Below, piece after piece: positions 51,801 through 64,000 of a stretch of 64,000 bases of DNA. The position numbers and the translations under genes were made by a program. How positions within the stretch are numbered: position 1 is the first letter of the stretch; each line of letters opens with the position of its first letter. Location: positions 310,001 through 374,000 of the forward strand of contig NW_027272270.1 in NCBI RefSeq assembly GCF_040938485.1. Direction: 5' to 3'. A model generated the notes under the pieces. The model made no database searches. It was not told the origin of the DNA and was given only the letters and a program-made list of their open reading frames with translations. The DNA comes from Diadema antillarum. Lineage: Eukaryota.

Positions 51801-53400
51801 ACAAATGCTGGAGTTATTATAACTATTGCTTGGAAAAAAGTTGTGGAAAACTGACATTGACGATGTAACGACTAGAATATTTACAAGAATAACATAAGCG
51901 ATGATGAATATATACACAACAAATATACCCCCTCCCTATTCCAATTAAAGGGTAATGAACTACAACCTTGAAGTATTTGACGAGATGGTTGACTTCTTCC
52001 TGGATGAGTGGTTCAAGGGACACCTTTCCAAATCCCATACCTCTCAGGGTGGTGTGAGCGAACTTACGGTGCTGTTTCCACGTCTCGTCAGCTCGGCTGT
52101 CAAAAATACCTGGAAAATACCCACGAAAAATAGAAGAATACCCAACAAAGAAGGCCCACGAGTTCGACACTAGGCCAAGTTCGACACCTATAGGCCTTGT
52201 ACCCAGTGTAAGACCCGTGGGCCTTTATGCCTAGTGTCGGATCTATGGGTTTTATATGCCTGTTATCAAGCCCATGGGCTGTGTGACTCGCGGGCTCTAT
52301 GACTCGTGAGCGTCGAACTCTTGACGTGGTATCCGCTGTAGGCAGGTATAGGTATAACTAATACTACTGTCCTGATACATCACTGACTGTTACTAGTTGC
52401 CTGATACTTATCATAACATCAGATAGTGTAGTTGCATACTGTTGCTACTGTACCATAACTATCCCTGCACACCTATCATATTAGTGATGTAATGATACCA
52501 CAGTACAGTTGGGGAGACGGGGGGGGGGGGGGAGGGGTGACGCCCCCACTTTCTTGTTAACTCTATGCAATCATTAAGTGGACCCCTTCATTTTGCAAAA
52601 ACGTAGCACCTGCCCTCCACATACACAAACACCGAAATATGCATGAACGAACATGCATACACACACGGGTATGCAATAAATACTAACATGATTTATTCAA
52701 AATCAAATCTGCTTTTACCCGATTCATGTATAATTTAATTCTAAATTGTTAAAGAAAAAGAAATCCCCATGTTCTGTTACAACTTTTCCCACCCATTCCC
52801 CAATATTCTATTCTTGTTTGCTTTACTGGCAAAGTTTTACCATTTCCAGTTTAAGTTAACAGAGGGTCTGATCGTCTAAGCTTCTCTCACATGGAAAAAA
52901 AAAATACAGTCACGTAAAATGTTCTGTTCGTTTGCTTATCAATGGTGACGATCGAGTAGTAGCTATTGGATTTCTATACTCACCACAATCATTACCAATC
53001 ATACCACTCCATTCACACAACCAACATCGCGGAGTCGCCTACCGAGTCGCTTCGAGTTCATCTTCATGAAAATGACGGTCTCCCCTCGGTCAATGAAATC
53101 GTTTCCCGCTATCATTGTGACCTCTTTGATCGCCTCCCATCCATTGACCACGACAGCGGGTCTGTTTCCAAGATAGATCGTGTAAACGGGCCCGTACTCT
53201 TTCCCAAGCTCATTCAGCATGTTGAGAAAGGCGTCGTTTTCTGGAAACGACAACAGGTTCCCGAAGAAAGGCAGAGGTCGAGGACCTTTCGGTAGTCGAC
53301 CTCTTGCCCTTGGCTTTAAGATGGTCCAAATGACCACTAGAGTGAGGCTGAACAGACATAACGTTGTCCAGTTTGACTCGAGAAAGCTCAGGGTCTCCAT
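45805..53400 (-). CDS. Cytochrome P450, CYP2 clan, complete, 498 aa. Exons: 53400-53043, 52109-51967, 50834-50531, 48944-48736, 47957-47776, 46945-46827, 45986-45805
   Basis: All junctions GT-AG with matching phases (1497 nt). N-terminal anchor, basic linker and PKGPRPLPFFGN hinge; C-helix WKQHR; I-helix LFLAGTDT; K-helix EIQR; PERF; heme motif FSAGKRVCMG followed by EQLAKMELFLFF, typical of CYP2-family enzymes. Subfamily not assignable by eye. Confidence 0.95.
46126..46500 (+). mobile_element. Probable DNA transposon fragment in CYP intron 6
   Basis: Starts CAGGCCCGTAGCCAGGATTTTTAAGGGG, a CAGG-type terminus; absent at the equivalent position of the paralogue intron; right end not found. Confidence 0.35.
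48343..48672. repeat. Diverged ~100-bp tandem repeat, 4 units, CYP intron 4
   Basis: Motif T(A/G)GT(G/A)CCACGCCCACG.A.ATTCCTCGGT at about 48343, 48443, 48541 and 48639. Confidence 0.7.
50131..50400. mobile_element. Copy of the GGGTCATCCCAC foldback family (CYP intron 3)
   Basis: ACGAGTCATACAGCCCA pairs with TGGGCTGTATGACTCGT; right end GTGGGATGACCC. Confidence 0.75.
51413..51738 (-). mobile_element. MITE, same CAGGGCTCGACACTA family, 326 bp, opposite orientation, 7-bp TSD TCTATTG (CYP intron 2)
   Basis: Perfect TIRs CAGGGCTCGACACTAAC / GTTAGTGTCGAGCCCTG; TCTATTG at 51406-51412 and 51739-51745; interior is the reverse complement of the 5691 copy with a different middle. Confidence 0.9.
52152..52334. 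mobile_element. Truncated copy of the GGGTCATCCCAC foldback family (CYP intron 1)
   Basis: GGCCCACGAGTTCGACACTAGG ... CCTAGTGTCGG ... CCCATGGGCTGTGTGACTCG. Confidence 0.65.
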
Positions 53401-54030
53401 GTTGCGTGTACAACGAGAGACTCAATATCTTTGCTTGGTTTATCTATTGGGCTTCAGCTCGTCCGAAATGACGCTCCGGCGAGTCGCGGTGGACAACGAA
53501 GTAGGACCTAACAAATGTTGACCTTTCATGCATGAAAAACTATAGAAATGTCTGATCAGAGAAGTGACCTTCCTCGTCTGACCAAGGAGCTGGACACTAC
53601 ACGGCCCAGTGAATTTGTACAAATAATGCGTTAATAGCTATACAATATCAATCTCTGCCTCGGCAGGAGAGACTCCCGAGATTTGTTGAGTTGGTGAAGG
53701 GATTTATGTTTGAAAGCAGGCACAGCAATCTTTTCATTCACCGTCGTCGACAAATGTTGACACGTTTCCGAAGAACATGTTTTTCTTTGTTCAGTTAGAT
53801 AAATTATACTTTATTATAATTAAACAAAAGGTACTACTGTATACAATAATTAAGCCCACAAAGGAGAGGCCCAAGGGCCATAGTGATTTGGACTGCTATT
53901 GTCCAACCCAGCAACAATAGGGAACCGCTCCAGGGAAAGCTTGACGTTTTTTATTTTCTTGTATTTTGCTTGTTTTGTTCGTTTATCTGTTATCACTTCC
54001 TTTGCCTTGCAAATGCCGAATAGATAATGG

Positions 54031-54056
54031 TAATAATAATAATAATGATGATGATG

Positions 54057-54099
<43 letters not shown>

Positions 54100-54106
54100 T
54101 AATAAT
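54031..54106. repeat. (AAT/GAT)n microsatellite
   Basis: Seen directly. Confidence 0.95.
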
Positions 54107-55589
54107 ATACATTTGTCAAAATATCTTGTTACACAATGTGAAAGAAGTTCCTGCTAAAAGAAGTTCCTGCTATAAAGTGTAATACATGTACAATATTCTC
54201 TATGGTACAAATTACTCATCAAGTCTTTCTGATAATCGACGATGATAATGATGATGTGTTCATGGTAACATAAAAAATAATAATGATGATGTTGCTGTAA
54301 TGCTACTTCATTAATGCTGATAATAACGATGCTCATAATGACGAACGTGAATCATATTGTGCCATTTTCTGTACGGAACCCTCAAAGGCGCCATATGACA
54401 GTGATAATGATGACAACAATAATGACATGGCCTATAATATTGATATAGTAATAATCATCAAAGCCTTCATCATCGTACTGATAAGTTGTAACACTTATAG
54501 TCTTCAGCAACACAATATGAACCTATTAAACTGTACAGAATTGTATGCATTGCATGTGTGCTTATTACTATGCATGGACTTATAATGACTTGTGCTTGTT
54601 CGAGATATTTGTATGTCCTAAACTTTCATTTGACAGCAATATAAAAAGTCTGTGCAGGGGCCCTTGTATGGCACGCCAGAAAGGAATCAAATGCATTGTG
54701 TATTACACTATTCGTTTTTTTCTAATAAAAACAAAATGTACAATCATATCGCTTTTAAGAAAACCATTCCCCTTTCACATTCGTCTTCTTGTAGCATCTA
54801 GTTGCAACATCTAGTTGCAAACAATTCACAATTTGTAAAACATTCACTCATTCTTTTCGAAATTTTTCTTCTTTTTGCAAATCATTCACCTTTTTTTTTT
54901 TTTTTTTAACTGTGTGGATTTTTTTTTTCATAATCATTCTTCATTTAACAAGTCATTTGTCTTTGCAGAGAGCATTCGTATGTTTCAGCATGGTTTGAGA
55001 GACATTGGGGTATTCGTCTTTGCACATAACCGGCGCCATGATTCGTCTCTCCACGCCATTCTTCTTGCAACTTTCTTTCGCTCTTTGCGAGAATTGTTTC
55101 TCCTGCGAAAAACGTTTCTCTTTTGACTGTCACTTCTCTTTTGAAACATATTCGTTTCTCTTTCATTTTAGGGCATGCGCACGCGCGCGTGAGCGAGAAA
55201 TCTGCTGGCGTCAATCACTGTGCTGTCAATCAGTGAGCTCGACTCTTATAAAAAGAGGTTTAAGAGACTGAGTAACAGCAGTCTTTGTTATTCCCTTTGA
55301 TCCCATGTTTAATACCTCCATGCAGATATATTTGAAGTATATACGGCTGTACCTAAACTGGGGCTGCCCAACAGATAGGAAGCCAAGTGATCCGTGTGTC
55401 ATTGCATCATGACTACCGTAGTCACACTCTGAGGAAGATAGGTCTTTATGAATTCAAGGTAAATACGTCCCAGGAAATATGACTGGTACGTGCAGGTACA
55501 GACACGGAGATGTGGGAATAAAAATTGCGCAGAACTGATGAAAAACCATCAAAATTATTCGACTTTACATGATTTTACACTAATTAACA

Positions 55590-55970
55590 TTATAAATGAA
55601 TAGAGAACTATACTTGAAGATTATACCATATCAATTCGATTTGTCAGAAGTGATTGGAAAGATGATAAAATCGGCTTTTCAGTGAGGGTAAAACACTTTA
55701 AAATACTTCCACGACTACAGCTCAGATTTATATACACCTTGGCACACATTTCTGGACTGGATTTACTTTTGTTTCATATGCTTTATCATTAAGATAAATT
55801 TTATTTCATTTCATAAATAAACAAGCAAAATATAGCCGACATTATGTTAGTGTTAAAAAAAAAAGAATCTTCAGATTGATCATAAAGACAGCAGCATTGA
55901 AGGCAAAAATGCACCTGTGGAACTTCTTTGTACATCAATAGAAAACTGATAGCTGTTTAAATAATCATAG
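55590..55970 (+). repeat. Dispersed repeat, same family as 14970-15370
   Basis: Same conserved blocks in the same order. Confidence 0.75.
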
Positions 55971-56769
55971 CCAGTAGGAACTCCTCTCTTATACATCTTT
56001 GGTCTGATTCACTGATCACTATCTTTCAGTGCAGTGCGTGCGATTCTCTACTCTTTGTATGGCGGTTTTTGTTCTTATTAGTGGTTATTGTCAACTCCCA
56101 GAAAAAAAAAGATGTCTATAGACATTGTTATAAACTAGTCATATAGCTACGTCACAAATCGTAATCCACCTCTCTCATACTTACTACAGAGTACATAGAA
56201 TATGATCAAAGTAACGCATAAATAGTAGTGCATGACACCTCCGTATAGATGAACAATTCTTTTATTATACAAGATTGCATGCACACATTACAGCTTTGGT
56301 CTGAGATGGGCATAATTACATAATTATGAAAACTGCTTCCTATTACACGAAAATATTACTTTGCCGACGTCACAACCTGGCCTAAAAAGTGGGATTCCTT
56401 GTATCACCAACTCTTTCTGATGTGCATTATAATACAGCACAATGTTGATAAAGACTAAAACACATTCAATACAATTCAGTTATCAACATCAGCCATCCGA
56501 GTTATATTACCATGTACAGTATTACTATATACTCCCCTTACTCCCCTTCACCACACCCAGGAAATATACAATGTATCACTAAATGTCATCAAGTAAATTA
56601 TAAAGGGATTACTACACAGTGCAAATGTGGTGTTATAAAAATCTATATAAAGAGCAAACCGCATGAGCGTATTTTTTCTGTTTGTGCCTCTTAGATAGCA
56701 AAGTGTGAGATAAAACTGGTTATCCGGTTTCCAAGCAGGACTTTCTGCATAATCAAGGATGTTATTGAA

Positions 56770-57147
56770 TTAGTCATTCCAGGGATAAATCTGGATTCCA
56801 AACGGTGCTGGGTCGCGGGTCAAGTCCATGAAGCCCTCGAAGGAGACTGATTCGCCGGGCGGAAGTGAAAACTTGACCTGTTGCATGATGGTCGTGAAGA
56901 AGAGGAATAATTCCATCTTGGCCAGCTGCTCACCCATGCAGACACGTTTCCCTTGAAAGAACAAATAAAAGAGTATTGTCAATTATTAGAATAAAAACAA
57001 AATCAAATAAAACTTTCTTTCTCCTGTCAATATGCATGTAATGTGGCTTTAAATCGCAAATATATCATTGTGGCTTTAAATCGCAAATGTATCCTTAAAT
57101 TAACGTATACACTTGTGGATTTGCTTTTAGATTGTGAGAGGTTGTTG

Positions 57148-57192
<45 letters not shown>

Positions 57193-59195
57193 TTTTTATT
57201 ACGATATACGAGGATGTATGTGCACTTGATGTGATAAATATGAGTGAGTAAGGCTCTGTATTAATTCATGATCCCGGGACTTTAAAGATAGTTTCGAGCT
57301 TTGCAAAGTGATACAAGAGAGCCAAAAATGACCATCTCATTTACAAGCGAGAGACTTGAGAAACGCCATTCCATCCATTATCGCTGCAGAAGGCCGCAAA
57401 CTGCAGCCATCAAAACGAAAGTTTTATCTCCATGTGTTGAAACGCCATGTTAAAACTCCTGTACACTGTCATCTAAACAAAGAGCATGGAGGGGGTACCG
57501 CCCATGGGAGGGGGGGGGGGAGGGGAGGGGAGCTAGGTCAATTCACATTTTTACCGGCAGAGAAGGGGAGGAAGCTCTTCGGTTGCTTGACGACAGTCCC
57601 ATCATCCTCCAAGAATCTCTCAGGATTGAACTTATCTGGGTCAGTCCACACATCTGGATCACGATGCAGCGACCTTTATAAAAAATATTCATTAAAAATA
57701 TCCAGAAATATTTTGTTATCTGCCAACCTGTGATGAGTCAGTGTGACTTTCTGTGCAATGAGAACTAAATAATATACATAATGTATATGTACACAAATGC
57801 AATCACGAAAAAGTTTGCACAGCATGAGGTACGAATATAATTTCATCCCGTACTTCAATTTCTTCACGTTTCAATTACACAGTAATGGGAAGAGAGGACA
57901 TCACTACCATTGGTTTGTACATACACACACACTTACATACACAATGTTACAAAGTCATGCTCTTGATCGATGATTCAGTAAATTGCACGTGAAACTTCAA
58001 CTTACCTAGAATTTGCTCGGAACGGATAAAAGAAAACGACGAGAAACAAATTCAATAATACACATAAGATTGTATCTTTATCGGGATGTTTTGTTGTACA
58101 TAGATCTTGATCTTGTTTTTATGGATTTTTGACAATCACATTTCACGATACACAACCATAAATATACAGAAATCAATGTATCTTAGCGGAATCGCTTCCT
58201 GATCTCGAGAAACCACTATCACTGTGCCATATAAAGAAGAAAGATTTATATCCCAGGAAAAAAAATACAAGGAACAGAAATAAACAACTAGTTAGGCAAA
58301 TAACTGAAGAATACAAATTCATGTTGCGCGGAAGCACAAAAAAAAAAAATACTTTCCGCAATGAATTCACTCAAAATGTGATAAGCACGTAGTTTTTTTA
58401 TTTCACTTATGTTTGATAGTTTGTTTGATAGATACTTTATTTTCTGCAAATCAGTATACATAAGTTACATAATCATGAAGATGCAGGAAATATACAAAGT
58501 AAATTTAAAGCAGAGTCGTTTGACTTGCATAAACCACGATACATATAAGTACATAATCATGAACATGTAGGAAATATATAAAATATATTTAACACAGTCT
58601 TTAGACTTGCATAAACAACGATATGAAAGAAATATAATATACAATATGCATGTCTATGCAGCAGTGATAAGAATAACATTTATAGTTAAGAAACGATTAT
58701 GCGGAGGGCCGCCATTATAAGCATTGCTTGAAAAGATGGCCGGCCCGAGGAAAAGATAAGGACGTACTAGATTCGTAACAATATAAATTCTGCTGCGAAG
58801 GTAGCAGGGGAAAATAAACTCTAGTGTGTGATGGTAGTGGTGGTGAATGTGTGTGCAGGTGCTTGAAGGTGCACAATGGCAGATAGGCTGGAATTCAGAA
58901 TAATAAAATTGGTTTACTGAAAGAGGGGACGATATGCGTTGTTGCTATCGGGAGACCAACATTAGTTGTATAATTTGTTTGTTTTTAGTTCGTATTTATG
59001 ACAAAGAGCTTACCAAAGATTGAGCAGGACTTCTGTTCCCTCGGGAATGTTCTGACCGCCCGCCGAGGTATCTTTGACTGTCGTACGGGGCACGATTGGT
59101 GCCACGGATGCAAGCCGCTGGATCTCGAGCACTGTGGCTTCGGTGTAAGGAAGCTGCCCACGGTGTGACATGGATACCTGCTGGTCTCCAACGAT
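56770..59195 (-). CDS. Second CYP2-clan P450 (tandem paralogue), last three exons only: 59195-59014, 57673-57555, 56951-56770
   Basis: Exon lengths 182/119/182 and phases are identical to the downstream gene; the frames are open with EIQR, PERF and FSAGKRVCMG intact. Exons 1-4 were not found between 59196 and 64000. Confidence 0.88.
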
Positions 59196-61084
59196 CTATA
59201 TACGTGGGATGAAATAAAGGCAATCCAAACAGATAATGAATACAGCTTAAGTCAAATCTGTTGCCGCTGGAGGATAACACTGTGGACGTGTGTACTATAA
59301 TAACTATACAGCTTGATTGGAGGTTTGTTCGATGCAGAGGTAATCTTCACTACAATACTAACGTGTGTCACTCCCTTATATCTTCTTCATGTAGGTATGT
59401 TATATTGCAATTGCTGGCCATGCTGGCCAAATGATAATAATAATGATGATAATAACGATAATAATAGTCATCGTCATCTTAAAATCTCATGACACAAATA
59501 ATCATCTTTATTAATACAGGTCATAAAACCTGTACTGTCAAGATTTGAGACAACGTATAATCATGATTATGTATATAAAAATACCTAGTAACCATAAAAA
59601 TATCCATTCAGTGACGGTGGGAGAAAACAGTGTTTTCTAGCCAAGTCGGGGCCTAATTCTACCATAAGTTTCAATTCTGTCAAACAAGGGAACAACATTA
59701 TGGTGCCACGCCCACGGAGATTCCTCGGTAACTAAGTCCATGTGGGAGTCACGTACACACTAAGAAAAAAAGGTTCAATAAGGGAGCTAGAAGGGTTGGA
59801 AGTCGCGAAAATGGGTGCAAACTACACGATTTGAGAAAATGGTGGAACTTTGCTTCTTATATGGTTCATTTTGGGTTCGATCTTGCCACGGTCATTGACG
59901 GTGCAATATTACGCCCCAAACTAGTCTCAAAACAAAGGCCATCCTATGGTGTTGCTCGGTACTAAAATGCAATATTACATATCCTTGTGCTGATATTATG
60001 AACATATATTTTTTGATATCAGGAAACTTAAATTTCTTTCATATTCTTTAATCATTCATCGAGAGTATATTTTCAAATTAAGTTGACTCCATGATGAAAG
60101 GGGTCTACTAAAAAAACAAAAGTAGAATACCTGATTGCTTGTCTGGTATTGACCAATCACATTGTACACATAACCTAGGAGGTTTAACAGATGAAGTTCC
60201 AACTGGATGTAATTATTCAAATAGTCGTCAGATTTCTTTTGCTGTACAAAACAATTCCACAGGTGCATTTGTGCCTTCGCCGATCGGGATTCAATGCCGC
60301 CGTCTCACTGAGCAATCTGAAGATTCATTTTGGACGTTTACATAATTTTGGCTATCTCTTGCTTAAAATGAAATCCTATACTTTAAGATAAAAGCATATA
60401 AAACAAAAGTCAATTCTGAACAGAAATATTATTGTGCAAAAGTGTTAATCAGAGCTGTTTCATGTGAAAGTGTTTAAACTGTACCCTGGATAGCCGGTTT
60501 ATTTTATCACTTTTCCTCATGATTCTGACAAAGCAAACTGATATGAATCTTCAAATAGAATTCTCTATCAATAGAAACATCAGATTATTGCCCAGGCATG
60601 CCTATTAGAATAATGTTCGTTTTATTTCATTTTTTGAGCAATTTCTATTCGTGTATCCCCGTGTCTTTAACATTCACCTAACCTATTTATTATTGGTTGG
60701 GATGTCGAAACGTAATTACCATTACAAAGACATATCTTCCTGTTTGTGGTTCATTCTTGCTAAGGTGCACATTGAGCCCATAACAAGTCTCAAAGAAAGA
60801 CCCATATGGTGTTGATCGACACTTGAATACAATATTGCATACCGTCGTGGTGCTACTATGTACATGTTTTTTTAAAGACATCATAAAACTTGATGTTCTC
60901 CCATAATTTCATAATCATTCATCGGAGCATTTTTAAATGAAGTTGAGTCTTTGATGAAAGGGCCTGCGAACAAGCTAACGAAGAATACTTGACTGCTCGT
61001 CTGGTATTGACCAATGGAAATGGAATATGTCACAGCATTCCCTGCATGCTTACTGTGCGATGATGGAATAAAACCCTACTACAC

Positions 61085-61260
61085 GCTAAAGATTTTCGCT
61101 GCGACTCGATCTCGGGACAGAAAAAAAAAGTCAGTATTTTTTCAAGGCCCTCAAATCTGGAATTCCATCCACTCTAATGTGAAATGTCAGTTAAATGTAA
61201 GAAAACGGTACAAAGTTTTAAGGAAGCTTTCAAACGTATTTTACTTGAAAGGTTTTCTGG
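61085..61260 (+). mobile_element. Possible decayed LINE ORF2 C-terminal fragment (L2/CR1/Crack-like)
   Basis: TRSRDRKKKSVFFQGPQIWNSI resembles the RT...S..Y.GP..WNSLP tail seen in these LINE clades; judged by eye only. Confidence 0.4.
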
Positions 61261-64000
61261 AAGTTACCAATATCATTTTACGAATTTATAAGAGACTAGC
61301 AAGATAGGGTGTGTTTGTGAAAATGACATCTTGTGTATTGCTAATATGCGCTGGTCCATGTTTTTGTCTGTGTATGCATGTGTGTGTATGTGTGAGTGTG
61401 TGTGTGTTTGTGTGTGTGTGTGTGCCGATGTTTTTCTCTGTATGATATACAATGTATTTACTTTTCCGGGATTAGTTTTAGATAAGGCCAATTGCCTTCT
61501 CACTCACCCCTTCACTTGATATCTTTTGCTGTTTGTTTGCTTTGTTTGTTTGTTTGTCACATTGTCATTTTATTCATATCATTGTTACATTTTATATATG
61601 CATATTTTATTAAGTGAACGTAAAGGAAATGATAAACTAAAATCATTTAGAGAGCAAACTCGCGGATGTAATTACAAGGGTGCAAACTACACGATTTCTT
61701 TGTAAGGGTCGATTCCCCCCCCCCCTTTTTTTTTTCATGGATTCATGCACGGTAAAGCCTAAGGGTAAAATGCATGCACATGAAAAATGTAAGCACATGT
61801 TTCCGTGTCCTGGCAAACACCACATTTTAGAATGAATAAAGACTAGCTGTGATAATGGAATTTCTCATGAATAAATAATAAAGCATTAAAACCCTGGCTA
61901 TTGTTCAACACCATTGTCAGGGTGTTAACCACATACTCCCATACACACCCATTGACCCCTGTGCAAAGTGAAAATTTTGTACAGAGGGTTGGAAATAGAG
62001 CAAAATCTGTAACCTTACTGTGAAATTGATCATGGATTTCATGAAACTGATTTGTGTTTTAAACCACCTCCAACGAAATTGTACACTATACAACTATCTC
62101 CCATATCAATGATAGTGTTATCTGATATATAGTTACTGAATTATTAAGAATCAAAAGTGGATTTTTTTTTAAACGCCTATTAATCCATAGAATACATTCG
62201 ATGCAAAATAATGACATGGATGTTTCCTAGAGTGTCAATTCACGGACCCAGTAGTTTGGTCACCTGGTGTGGGCATGTTCATTCTTTTCTTGAACATGAT
62301 TTATGAATTCAATGAATTGTTGAGTCGTGCGAACTTATGTGCACATAAGTTGACTCCCAGATGGCTCTTTGTACAGCTCGTTCATGCGTGTTTGAGCTGA
62401 GCATCTAACGCAAATTCCATTTCCATAGCAGATCAGCTCTTCTGAGGCTCTTCGTAGCGGCTTACTGCAACTCTGACTTCAAAATTATTTTGTCCACTTC
62501 ATAATATCAAGACCCCGCAGATTCCTACCACGTGGAAAATGGTGAGTTAAAACATCATCGTAAAGCATGATTTGAAATATCCACAATGTTCTCGACCAAG
62601 GCCTTACTCTCGATATTACCCTTCATCAAATTTCTTGTATCTGTTATGTTTTTGGTTGTATAGCCATGTCTTATAATGTAGGTTTGCAGGCAGTAATATT
62701 GAAATGTTCATTTTAGAGTACTGTTAAAACTGGCTAGTTTTATGCGTGCTGTTTTCTGTTCTATTTTGTTTTGTTTCGTAACCATTCTGTGGAATTAGAG
62801 CAGCTTTAGCGATAAAATGTCTTGCTAAAGACGTCATGGCATTCCGATTTCCGATTTCCGATTCATTTATTGTTCATTTAGGAAATTCTTTTTGTTGGTA
62901 CATGGGCGTGCACATAGGAATATCTACATACATGCATAAACTCACATATATTCATGTACATGTACACATTATAAATGTTACAATTTTCACTACATACACA
63001 ATTATACAAGCATAATTTATACTCACAATACAGTGAACACATACATAATCACAAATTTCAAGTAATTCTTTATATTTACCGATTAACAACAAAACAAAAT
63101 AGTTAAGAAAACGTGGAATCGGATATTCCTATATAGGAAGTGTATCCTTAACATAACCTTTACGCCACCTCCCCCCCCCCCCCCCCCCCACGCACACAAA
63201 CACACATCCCCAAGGATAATACATCGCGTCGTGCCATACCACTTTTGATTAATAACGAATAAAAGGAACGGAACTGAAGTTGATGAATAATTGTTGATAA
63301 ACTTATGGATAAATAGACTAGTGTACTAACTAAACTTATAATGGCAAACATTGCACGCTCATTTTTATGCTGGGATAATTCTCTGTAGTCAGGTAGTGTT
63401 AGTGGTGGACTTGGGTACACCCTGTATGCAGCAGGGCAGCGCATAAGAATTGAACTATACATTAAGCTGCCATGGAGAGAGTTATGTAGTCACATTTACA
63501 TAAGTTAGCTCTTCTGCAAAATTATTACACACGCATGAACAGTGGCCTTGAACTCATGACACTTGATTTTCCTTTTCAGGTATTCAAGCAAGATACAATA
63601 ATTTGCGCGCATTCTCCTGATCACGTAAACTGATATGCAATTCTGAAGGACAGAGTGATTCCTCGACAGAATATGTAAGTTTCATTAATGGATTAATCCG
63701 TAATACATGTACACTTGTATATGTATTTTCAGGTTATTGATTCATCTAGATTTTCAGCATGTGATATCCGTGAAGTATATTAAATTAAAGCGTATTATTA
63801 CACATGAACGCAGTTTTATCAGTTACTATAACGTAGCCACCATTTAGTGGGTTGCGGAAAATTTGATAAGACTATAGTGCAATTTTTGATACCATCTATA
63901 ATCGAGAGATATGTTACTCAAGTGGACCATTGCGATCATTCATTCTTGCCTTTTCCGTTCTACGTCTTCTCAGTTTTTTTGGACTTTTTCCTGAAAACTC

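Noticed and set aside
800-58630. Small local tandem duplications (about 806-895, 54141-54172, 54793-54820, 57041-57090, 58455-58622)
   Set aside because: Ordinary slippage-type duplications with no TIR or TSD and no coding effect.
62200-63460. Possible missing P450 exon or reverse transcriptase remnant on the minus strand
   Set aside because: Frames contain multiple stops and no AGxDT or YADD motif; an AATAAA plus (ATCGGAA)n tail near 62840-62875 hints at a LINE end but is too weak to call.
1-64000. tRNA, rRNA or other structured RNA genes
   Set aside because: No cloverleaf, A/B-box pair or rRNA-like segment recognised by eye; tRNAscan-SE and Infernal would be needed to exclude them.

Overview
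Draft-assembly eukaryotic DNA (AT-rich, spliceosomal introns, two N gaps), most likely from an invertebrate deuterostome such as an echinoderm (inferred from gene content and repeat style, not proven). Four spliced protein-coding units could be assembled by hand with GT-AG junctions and consistent phases. (1) The six 5' coding exons of a probable cyclic-nucleotide-gated channel beta subunit (minus strand, 1638-8650, running off the left edge). (2) A complete 6-exon ST3Gal I/II-type alpha-2,3-sialyltransferase (plus strand, 22209-41064, 348 aa). (3) A complete 7-exon CYP2-clan cytochrome P450 (minus strand, 45805-53400, 498 aa). (4) The last three exons of a close tandem P450 paralogue (minus strand, 56770-59195). 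The non-coding DNA is dense with non-autonomous DNA transposons: Helentron/HINE-like, TTAA Kolobok-like, CACTA-like and foldback MITEs, one of them nested. The most unusual signal is a family of ultra-short (22-32 bp) palindromic insertions, CAGGGAGGTG...CACCTCCCTG, three of four flanked by exact 7-bp target-site duplications. A 326-447 bp MITE family in the same window shares the CAGGG termini and the 7-bp TSD length.
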